Positions 17,708-27,800 of a stretch of DNA of 64,000 bases are shown piece by piece. The notes under the pieces are model-generated. The model did no database searches and was not told the DNA's origin. It saw nothing but the letters and a program-made list of their open reading frames with translations. The position numbers and the translations under genes are program-made. Source of the DNA: Raillietiella orientalis (taxonomy: Eukaryota); assembly GCA_036172245.1 (NCBI GenBank), contig JAYWIR010000011.1, positions 3,224,001 to 3,288,000 of the forward strand. The letters run 5' to 3'. Position 1 is the first letter of the stretch, and every line of letters begins with the position of its first letter.

Positions 17708-18126
17708 GACCTTTCGGGGTTCTTCAAAGAACCAAGAAGTCGGTTCCCTTAGAGGTTTCTCTCCGGTTGTGCGAATAGAGCCGTCCAGAGCTAGTGGCTT
17801 GATGGCCTCTTCAGAGTTCCAAGAAGCGCGCTGCTCCCTTCGGGGAGCGCCCTTTAAAAAAACGGGGTTCTCTTCAGAGGAGCAAACGGGGAGCGGTTCC
17901 CTCGCAGGTTCCCTCCGGAGAAAGGAGTTCCAGGAGCGGATCTTTTTCGGGTTCTCTTCATAGAAGAAACGAGGGAGGCCCCACAAACTGGGGGGTATCT
18001 CCGGAGAGAATAAGGAGGAGGTTCCCCCTTCGGGGTTTGCTATATCAAGCGTGGGAGACAACGCCCAATTCCATTCTTTCAAGGGAGACGCAGCAGCCGC
18101 GAAAGGTGTGGAGGTTCCCTGAAACC
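17708..18126. repeat. Degenerate GGTTC-motif repeat region
   Basis: Eight GGTTC on + (17718, 17742, 17866, 17895, 17907, 17950, 18020, 18113); imperfect direct repeat cggggttctcttcagaggagcaaacggggag (17863) / cgggttctcttcatagaagaaacgagggag (17948). Confidence 0.55.
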
Positions 18127-18329
18127 AGCAAACAAAAAGCTCAACCGACAGATCTACCCTAAAACCAACTCCACTATCTCGAGAGGAAGGAAGGTGGGAG
18201 GTGAGAGGAAGCAAGGCTCGGGAATGCTGCCAGAAGGACATCAGGGAAAGTCAGGGAGGCGAAGTGCAAGAAGGGGCCCATTCTCGAAAGCCATTCATGG
18301 CAGGGGACTGCCGGAAGAGTCAGCTGCTG

Positions 18330-18790
18330 CAGGTGAAAGAGGCACTGCCCTGTTTTTTCAAAGACCATTTTTTTTTTTTTTTTCAACTTCCATTTCTCCC
18401 GAGATATGAATCTGAGCCGCTCTTCTTCCCCTTTCCCCTGGCAGGCGCTCACTCAAGGACCATCACCAAAGGGGAAGTTTTCAGGCTCACCGCGATGCTG
18501 TTAAAAGGAAATATTCGGCGATTTATCTATGTCGGAAGCGAAACTCTCGTTTGCACCGGGCATTTCCGGTGAAGACCTTGCCAGGCGGTTCGCGGCCGAG
18601 TGTAGTGCAAGGCGGGGAACGTTCCCTAGAGGAAAGACCTCATAGGTTCGGTCAAGGTGGCCTCTGCTCATTGTAGAACGCGTCACCAAGCGGCGGCGCT
18701 TGGACGGGAGAAAGTGAAGTAGGGAAGCCACGTAAAGGGGAGAAACGACTCTCGGATGCCCACTGGGGATGGTCGCAAATCACGGACTAT
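18330..18790 (+). pseudogene. Decayed M12B metalloprotease paralog relic (R0), beyond the 3' end of the sona-like gene
   Basis: Collinear across frameshifts: FQLPFLPRYESEP (cf. FWNGVDLRYKLLREP), RFIYVGS (GFAYVGG), GEDLARRF (IEDTGGF), DLIGSV (HLLGAV), GCPLG/DG (RCRWEDG). Confidence 0.45.
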
Positions 18791-19094
18791 GACGAGTGAA
18801 CGGAGAGAAAGCCCGCATCTCCCCTCCCATCCGGGCTGACGGCTGCCTGGGGTATCGACGGGCTTCTGAAAGAGCTCGGGTGCCACCGGGTGACCTGATT
18901 CGGAAAATTTTTCAAAGATGGATTCCTGCCAGAAGATCCAAGGGAAAGGGGAGCGTTGTCGCCAGAGGGGCAGGCAGCCTCTCTCAGCAAATGGCACCAA
19001 GCCACGAGGGGAGGGGCTGGGGTTCCGACGGAGAATCATCGGGTCGCAGCTGAACTCGGCGGCTCGGTCTCTAATACGAAGCAGACGCAACTCG

Positions 19095-19144
19095 GCTCGG
19101 CCGAACCGGAGGCATACATGGTGCTGCCTCCGGTTCGGCCGAGC
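19095..19144. repeat. Perfect 20-bp inverted repeat, 10-nt loop
   Basis: gctcggccgaaccggaggca (19095-19114) / tgcctccggttcggccgagc (19125-19144). Confidence 0.95.
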
Positions 19145-20282
19145 GCGTGCTGTCCAGCCGTTTGTCCGAGGGGAGGCGAGGGGGCCATTGGTTCTGGAGG
19201 CCGCGTTCGCGTGTGACACGTGAAGAGTGCGGGCGAGGAAGCTGCGGGAGACTTCTTCGAATCCCCCGCCATCTGGAACTCTCCTTCCGCTTTCTTGAAT
19301 TCAGGTTCGTGGCTCCGGCTCTTACGCGCACTCGACGAACGGTAGGAGGAGGAGAAGGCCCTTCGTCTCCCGAGTTCACGAATGGAAGGCGAGGGTTCCC
19401 GTGCAATGAGACGGACCCCCGACGAACGTCAGCCACGTCCCTGACTACGTCGCTAGCTCGCTGATACCTGTGGAGTGTCTTTCTTTGTTCTGCCTCTTGT
19501 GAACCATCGCGCGTGCATGCATGTGCAATGCATCTCCATGCATGCGGACCCCAGCCTTGCATTGATGCGTTCATTTTGGTGGCGCGTGTCCATCGACGGT
19601 CCCCCGGGAACCAACAGCGCGCGCGTTTCTCTCTGGAGCCGGTGAACACGTGAACCTCTGGAGATGGGGAGGAAGCGCCTCAGCACCACAGCTCTCGGGA
19701 AGCAGAAGAGAGAAAAGGGGATGGAGAGAGGATTGCTTCTAGGGGGAGATGGGAAGAGGCAAAGGGAACCATCCTCTTCCAAGATTGCCGCCAGTCGCCG
19801 TCTGGTTTCCGTGCCGACGAAGAACAAAAGAACAATGAACGGGGAATCCGTTTTGAAGAGAGAGAGAAAAAAAAAATTGTATTTTGATCTCAGTTTTCAG
19901 CGGGATCCACCCGGTGTGTATGTGTGTGTGCGTACGTTGTTTTTTGCACTCGCCGGTTTCTTGGGAGACGTGTGGTGGGAGGATTGGGTTCGCTCCGCAC
20001 GGCAAGCTGAGGGAAGTTCTCGTAGAAGGGAGCGGTCGCCATTTTTCTTCTTTGTTTCTCTTTCCCAATGTCTTTCTAGCTGTTTTTGTTGTTGTTGCTG
20101 CTGCTGCTGCGGTTGTTGGTTGTTCACGAAGCGACGGGGTTTTCCGTGGCCTTCGAGGATCGCGTTTCTTGGAAATTTTCCTTCACATCCACGCATGGGT
20201 TGCATCCATCAGAGTGCGGTGGAGGAGGAGGAGGGGTGAGGGGGGTCATTTGAATTTTTTTTCTTTGATGTTTTGTTTTTCA

Positions 20283-20308
20283 TGTGTGTGTGTGTGTGTG
20301 TGTGTGTG
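20283..20308. repeat. (TG)13 microsatellite
   Basis: Direct reading; AATAAA hexamers on the - strand at 20315-20327 next to it are candidate poly(A) signals of the protease gene. Confidence 0.9.
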
Positions 20309-20482
20309 TTTTTTTTTATTTTTTATTTTTTATGCCGCAATGTTTTTAGTCTTCGTGGTGGGAAATACGGCACCGCGTCCATATCGCGCCAGAGGGAGCC
20401 AATAAATAACAGCAGCAGCTGCTGCGTGTGCAACCGCTCCCGGATGCACCGAAAAACTCGTCAGGCGAGTCGCCAATCACAG

Positions 20483-21811
20483 TTACGATTTCCTGTTCAC
20501 GCAGAACTCGTTGAAGGACTTGCAACAGTTCTTTTGGATGTACCTATGGAAGCAGTACTTCGACCCGTAGCTTTTCAAGAACTGCTCGCAAGTCAAGTCG
20601 CCGATCTTCTTGCGCTCATTCCGGCATTCTGGAAGAGAAAGTTTTTTCCCAGTTAGAGGTCAGCTCTGCCGGCGGCGCGCGTGCGCGGCACGGGGAAGCT
20701 TCGTCCCGGGCGCGTGCGAGCGAAGACCCGGAGAGCGAAGGCGGCAGCGCGGCGGCGCGCCCGTTTTTCTGTGCGCTCTCTTCGCGCTCTGCCGGAGGCG
20801 CGCGCCCGCCCGCGCTGGTGTTCTCTGACCACGCTCTGGAGCGTCCTCGGAGTCAGGCGCCGCTGCGCGCGTTCCCCTCCTCGGAGGCTATTCAAGAGCT
20901 TCCCCCTGCCCGAGCGGGACAGAGCGCAACTCTTCCTTAGGGAGCCGGGGTGGGGCGGGAGTAGTCGCTCGAGCGCCCGTTGGCTGAGCGCTTCCCGATG
21001 TCTCTCTCTCTCGCGCGCGCACGCCTGTCCTCAGCAGGGGGGAAGGGGAGGATAAGTGGCAAACGACGTGGGCGATGGAGAAGAGGGAGATGGTTTTCGA
21101 ACTGCCGGCCTCCTGCCGGAGGCGGCGCTCGCCTCTCCTCTCCTCGGGTCTCGAGCTGGAGATGCCTCTCCGAGCCAGAAGCACCGCAACTCGCTCAAGT
21201 GGCGCTGCCTGATGAGTGGCGAGGCAAACTGGCCTGCTGTGCGCGAGCTGCCGCTGTCTAGGGGGAGGCTGCGCATCCGCCCCGTCGAGAGAGACTGGAG
21301 GACCCCTCTCTTGCACCTAGAGAAAGCCAGCTTGACCGCGAGGGCTCCAAGAGGCGCCAAACGTGCTAGGGCCAAAGGGACGACGGTTGACGACGAGTGA
21401 AAGGGAAACAGAGAAGGGGCAAGGCGGGACGATTTGTCCGTGCCCTCTTCCTTGTTTCCTTCTCTTGCCCTTCCTTTTTTTGGCAGGCACTCGGAACCTC
21501 AGCATGGATCTCTCGATAAAGTCGGAGCACGCGGAAGGAGCAGGTGGTGGAGGGAGAGAACGCAACGAGAACAGCCTCCACGCAGCGCGCCACCAAATTC
21601 TATCTAGTGAAAGGCCCTAAAGCCCAAGCTGGAGATGCGAGGAACCCATCTCTCCCGTGGGTAGATTTAGGGTTGCTGGAAAGATTCTTTTCTTTCTCGC
21701 CGCCTCCCGGACTCTGGCAGCCGCTCGCGTGCGAGGTCTCTCTGGGAGCGGCCGGCGACACCTCCTTCAGGATCGCCCAGGAAGGCCAGACCGTAGGGAG
21801 CCGCGCGCGCA

Positions 21812-21842
<31 letters not shown>

Positions 21843-24800
21843 TAGACGCCAAGGTCCCGCTATGGTCGCGGATGGGTCAGTCGGAAGGTGGGGCGGCGGC
21901 AGCTTCCGGGTAGTCAGAGCTGAGACACGAGAGGGAGTAACGGGGAAGGAGAAAATGAGAGCGGATGATGGCGGGGGCGGTGAAGAGGAGGAAAAGAGAG
22001 AAGGGGGCACGCGGAAAGAGAGGAAGAAGGGACTCCGTTCCTCTTCCCGTCCTTTCCCCTTTCCGTGACTTCTGGAGTCGGTCGAAACTGGAGCCGGAAG
22101 TGCGCGCGGCTTTCTGCCCCGTCCGGTGCGAGTCCGGGTCCCCGTTGGCCCATCGCGAGGCAGCGGCAGTGCTCTCCCTTGCCCCCCCGTCCGGGAAGAA
22201 CGGCACGAAAGAAGGAAGATCCTCCTTACCGCTGCCGTCGTCGCTCACGGAGTTGATAGACGGGTTGTCGTTCTTCGCCAGCTTCGCGCCGTGCAGCGTC
22301 GTGGCAGTGGGGGCGCTGGGGGGTGACGCGGTCCTCGGTGGCGGGGGAGGCGTGTCCGGAGGCAAGGAAGGAGGGTGCCAGAGCAAGCCCTCGTCTGCCA
22401 GGGGGGCCTGGCTCGCCGCGCCGGTCGAGGAGGCGGCGCGTGAGCGCGTCGCCATAGCCGCCGCCGTCGTCGCCTCGGGGAAACGTCCGTCGGGCACCCG
22501 CGACGTCCCGAAGCTCAACGTCGCATTCGGCAGCACCTTGCTGGAGGTCTTCTTGGAGGAGGAGATGACCAGGGAGCTGGTGGAGATCGTGGACATCTGG
22601 TTCTTCTTGGCGCGGTGGTCCGTCTTGGGTAGAGGGGGTGCCGTCTTAGCGCTCGCCGAGACCAGCTTCGACAGCGTGGTGGGTTGTCTCTCCGAGCTCT
22701 TGGGGAGCGTGCGGGGGGCCGGCCTGTTTCGGGGAGAGAAAAGGAGGAGAGAAAAGAACGGGAGGAAGTGGATGCTGACCGCGACGCCTCCTCTGCCCTT
22801 CCCGCGCGCGCAACCTGTTCCGCACTCCTGTCGACTCACCTCGGGGTGGGCGTGAACCGCGGCTGACCCCCGGTCAGGTTGTAGTAGGCCGTAGCGTCCG
22901 AGTTCGTGGAACGCTTGACGGTCAGGCCGAAGAAGTGCCTGTTGGGGAAGGAAACGTAGGGCGTGGTTTTCTGTCGCAGGAAGTTGCCGTTTGCTGGGAA
23001 AGAAGGTTTGTTGAATTCATGGAACGAGTCGGTTCTCACTGTGTTGTCTAACTCGGGCACGCACACGCCGTTGAAACACATCTACGAGGGAGGGGAGAGG
23101 GGCGCGCGTGAGCGCTGCGGGCATGGGGGCAGGGGCAGGGTGGTGCTTACGAATCCTTCCCCGCAGGGCGATCCTTCCGCGGCTGGCCGGTAGGAGACGC
23201 AGTAGCCGGACGTCGAGTCGAAGCAGAACAGCTGCGAGCAGACCCTCTCGTCTTTCTGGGGAGTGGAGCGAACGGTGAGAGGAAACCCTGGAGCGGGTGG
23301 TGGGGGTTGGAGAAGGGACAGGTGGGTGGATGGGTGGACTGGCGGTTTTCACGAGTGCCCCTTGCCTGCTCCTTCCCTCCCGGACCGAGATGATCGGTCG
23401 ATCGAGAGGGCGGCGTCCTCACTTTCCCCTCCTCCGCTCCCGGATGCGCCCCTCATCGTGCGGAGGCGAGCGTATTCCACTGCGTCCCCGAGAAGAGAGC
23501 TTCCCGGCGGCACGGAAGGTCTGGTGCAGCTGTGCCAGGGCTTTGTCCGTTTAGGGAGCCCAAGGGTCGCTGGGAAAGACGACAGGCCGGTCTCTAGAAG
23601 CCAGTCCAGCCTTTTCTGGACAGCGTCCTCCTCCTCTTCTTGCTTTTCAGCCGCCTTTATCGACTCCCTCTTCCTCCGCCTGGTGGTCACTCCCGCCAAG
23701 AGTCACTGCCGCGTCGCGTGTGCTTTCGGACACGTCAGGATGCGGTCTGCAGCTGTTACTCCCGGAGGCGTCTCCTCCTCCCTTTTCCCGAGTGACCCTC
23801 GAAAGACCCATCTGCTCCTAGAGTGCTGGCAGAGGCAGCGGAGCTCGCTGGAATGACCTCGTCCCCTCTGTGACCCTCGGGTCATCTTCTCTCCTTCGTT
23901 CTCTTCGAACAACTCTGGAGTGGGCAGACACGGAGCTGGCTCTCTGAACGACCGCGGAGTGGAGGGTGGAGACGGCGTAAGAAGCGCAAAGAGTCACCGA
24001 GGGGAGCTAGAGGTAGCCGTCCGGGTCTTCCTTTGTCTTCGGACGTCTTTTCACGCATCTGTGCCACAGTACGCGGATTGACTGGAAGGGAGGGAAAGTG
24101 GGGGGGGAAGAGGGGGGGCGGAGGCAGAGAGGAATCCCTGTTCTCATTTAAGAGAAGGCTGCTACCGACCGTCCAGGTGCGGCTGACCATCAGGAAGGGC
24201 GCGTCATCGCTGGAACAGCAGCAGCCATCTGCTCTCCCCTTTTGTCCTTCTATCAGTCCAGCTCCGCCGGGACGGCTCCTCCGACCTCCTGCCCTGCTTT
24301 TCCAAGCTCCGGTCTCCCGCTGCACCCGTCCGCCTTCAAGGATGGAAGGTCATTCCAGGACGCACCGCTCCAGCACCGCATACATAAGGGTAGGGAAAGG
24401 GAGAGGGCACTCCCTGCCCTTCTCCGGAGAGGTCCGATCCCCGGTAGCAGACCTCAGAGGGATGAGGCACCTCGTTCAGAAAGGGCATCTGTAGGGGACG
24501 CTTCCTGGTTCCTCGGAAAGCCGCGCACCCATTTCCCCGGGCGATGAGAGCTCTTCTCTCCCTCGCAACGACTGTTCCCCTTCCGAGAGCGTCTCTGCCT
24601 GCCAGGATGTCCCAGCCCCCAGGTGGACGACGGTGGAGCGAGCTTCGCCACGAACGCTTCCAAACGCATGCAGGGAAAGAGGGAGAGAAGAGGGAAAAGG
24701 GGAAAGCTCATGTCTTGGGGCCACTCTCCTCCCCCGCGCCGAGAAGCCATGTTCTACCCGGCGCCGGTGCGTGAGCGGACCGAGTCCGGATTTGTCTGAG

Positions 24801-27800
24801 CGCTAGGTGTGGGAAGGAGGAGACGAGAAGGAGAAAGAGAGAGGGGACAAATCCCGCCCCGGAGGGTTGTCCACTCGCTTCGGGATCCTCCTCCTCCTCA
24901 GAGATCTCGAGACCCCGTTCTAAGGGCCGGACAAGTCCATTTCTGACCTGAGGATGGGGGAGGGGGAGGAGGAAGGTGGGATGTCGCCGGCGCGCCCTGC
25001 CACACCGCAGATGCCGCGGGGAAAGGTAGGGGGAGAAGGAAGAGGCAGAGAAGCCAGAGAGACCGCCTTCCAGGAAGGGAGGACTCCTCGACCAACTTAC
25101 AAAACAGGCGCTGGTTCCCCTGTCCTTCTTGCACTGTGCGTCCAGGCTGAGAAGCTTCCCTGGAAGGATCCTGGGCAGCGTGTCATCTTCCTCTGGGAAG
25201 TTGTACAGGCAGGTGGCGGTGTCCCCGCTGAGGAAGCAGTGACCCAAGGGGCAAAGGAGTCTCGAGCTGATTACTTAAGGAAGAACAGGAACTGCTCGAT
25301 GCTGCAGCTGGACCACTTGAATCCCTTTTCCGTGTGCCTGAGATCTGACATGATGTAGCCGTCCTCCCAGCGGCACCGCGTGGCTCCCGGCCCGCCCAGG
25401 TACGACGGAGGTGGCGATCCATCGTGCACCGCTCCCAGGCTACCCGTGGGTGGAAAAGGGAGGTTCGATCGCCGTTCCTGGCAGAGGGGAGGCTCAGGTA
25501 CTCACAGGTGACCCAGCTCGTGGGCGGCCACAATGATCCCGGAGAATCCCCCGGTGTCCTCGATGATGGCCACGCTGTTCACCTTTTCAAGCCTCTTGTT
25601 CACGACGCAGGCCCCTCCGACGTACGCGAAACCTGAGAGCCAGAAGAACAGGGTGGTCAGGGCTCTGATCACGGGAGTAGCTGACGGGCACTGTTCGTCC
25701 TTCGGGATCAGAGAGGAAACGAGGCAGAGGGGAGGGAGAACGGAAGAGGCAGCCCAGGTTGACCTCAACGAGCATGATCAGGAGGAGCTGTGCTGCGGGC
25801 CAGTGACCGTCGAGAAAAAAATCCCCGAGGCGCGCATCGTCCGAGTCACGGGCGCAGTCTGTCTGCCGGGAGAGGTCTCCCTGGAAGTCCGGGCGTCGGG
25901 GATCGCGTTCGGGAGAGAGAAAAAGCGTTCCGGGCATCCCGAAAGTCCGAAGAGTGGAAAGCGGAAGGCGATTTCCCAACGAGGGGAGGCGCTGACCTGG
26001 GCGAGAAGCTGGGCGAGACCTTCCCTCTCGATGGTCAAAAGCGCAACAAAAGCATCCCTGTTCTCCTTCTCCCCCTTCCTCCTCTTCGACGTCACGAAAG
26101 GCCCCCACTGGATCATCAACCGGACCACCGAAAGGTGCGTGGTGCCTGGACTTGGAGTCGCGCAGATGACCGGGAAAGCCTGCGCTGGCGGTCGTGTGGC
26201 GGCAACGGTAGGGCCAAGCGTTGCATATGGATTCGAGCACCCCTGTGAAGAATCGACGCCGAGGATGGATGCGTGTGGACTTTCGTGCCCGCTTCCCTCT
26301 CCCTTCTTCCCGCAGGATGACGCTGCTTGACTCACGGGCTTCGGGAGCGGCGCTGGGATGGCGCCCGGAGGCCGCATGGCCGCGCTGACTAGACGGAACT
26401 GGGGATAGCCCCTCCGAGAGGTCCTTCCTGGAATCACGGAACCGCTTCTCTTCGGGGTCCCCCATCCCTTGGGGACCTCTCCCGGGTTTGCTGGAGAGTG
26501 CTCCCTCTGTGGTTACCTCCGTGAGAGGAACGAAATCCACCCTCGGGGCCCTCTTGGATCATTAGGGTGGTCGCTGCGAAGTCCTCCCTTGACCGAGTTA
26601 CGCGCACCTACGAGTGGAGCGGAAAGAGACTCGAGAGCCCTTCCGATGCCTCTAGGGGGTAGATGGTTCCTGAGTACTTGGCGAACCCGAAAATGGAAAG
26701 CTAATCACAGGGAAGTCGACCTCCGTCCTTGAAGAACCATGCGCGCTCCTATGGCGATCGGCCGCACGCGAGAAGTGTTGGAGCAACAGCAATTCCGGAA
26801 ACAGCTCTCTTCCCTCAGCCGCGTACGTGCTCGCCAGCTGCTATGGAGGCGTCCCTTTCTCTGCCCTCTCGGCTGCCACAGCGCTAGCGGGGGAGTCCTC
26901 GACCTCGAGAAATCCAGAGGTCTGCTCGGAGGGGAGCCCGGAGGCCCTGACTGGGCAGTGGCAGTTAGCGAGAAGGGTGGCCGACGCTGCCGGGCCGGAT
27001 GCCCCTTCTGGAGGTCTTGAGATTCGCGCCTACTCCCGGAGGAGCTCGAGCCAAGGGAGGCCTCGGTCCTCAGCGCTGGGCACTCGCTCGTGCGAATCGG
27101 CCGCTGCGCCCCGGTGCTGGAGAGAGAGCGACCACTGCTGCGAGTGCTCAGGCACCCCGTGAGGGCATCACGCACAGCAGGAGAAGCTGATCCCGCGGCC
27201 AGACCTCGGAGAAAAGAGCGAGATTGCGGAGAAGGCGCGCCGCGGGCGCACCTGCGGACGGGCGACACGCGAGGCTGCCGTGCTTCTCTGTTACCTTTTG
27301 GCTTTCAGACTTTTCTTCGCGAGCCGACGCGCCTCCTCTCACGCGGCGGCCCGGATCTCCGGAAAGAGAGAGCTGCTGGCGCCGCTGCCTTGGACGCGGT
27401 GCTTCACCCCGCGTTCGACCCGTGATGGAGGTCCGGCCCGCAGCTCGGACCGGAGCGATCCATGGCACGCTTGTTAATTGCAGCTGCATCCCACGACCTA
27501 CTTTACTTCTTCTGGCCTTCTGCGCATTTCACCCGCTCCGCATCCCCCCCCCCCCGTGGCGCATTTCTCCTTCCTTTTTTCCTTTCCCGCGATAGCGCAG
27601 AAGCGCGCGAGAGAACGGGCAGGTACTGCTTGCTGTTCTCTTCTTTTGTGAGCGTGCGCTACTTATTCTGGTCCCCGTCGCCCACGCGTGCCCACATGGC
27701 CTCGCACCAAACGGGCCCCTACGGCGTTCTGGACGGAGCGTCGACCTGGGAATCTGGGGGGTGTCCTTCCCTAGCGGACGGCGGCGTCGCGCGATTCGGT

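Noticed and set aside
14400..19500. Chimeric join of two organisms
   Set aside because: The GC change is gradual over kilobases and both sides have animal genes with very short introns (47, 59, 66, 69 nt in the protease). Not excluded without reads, but disfavoured.
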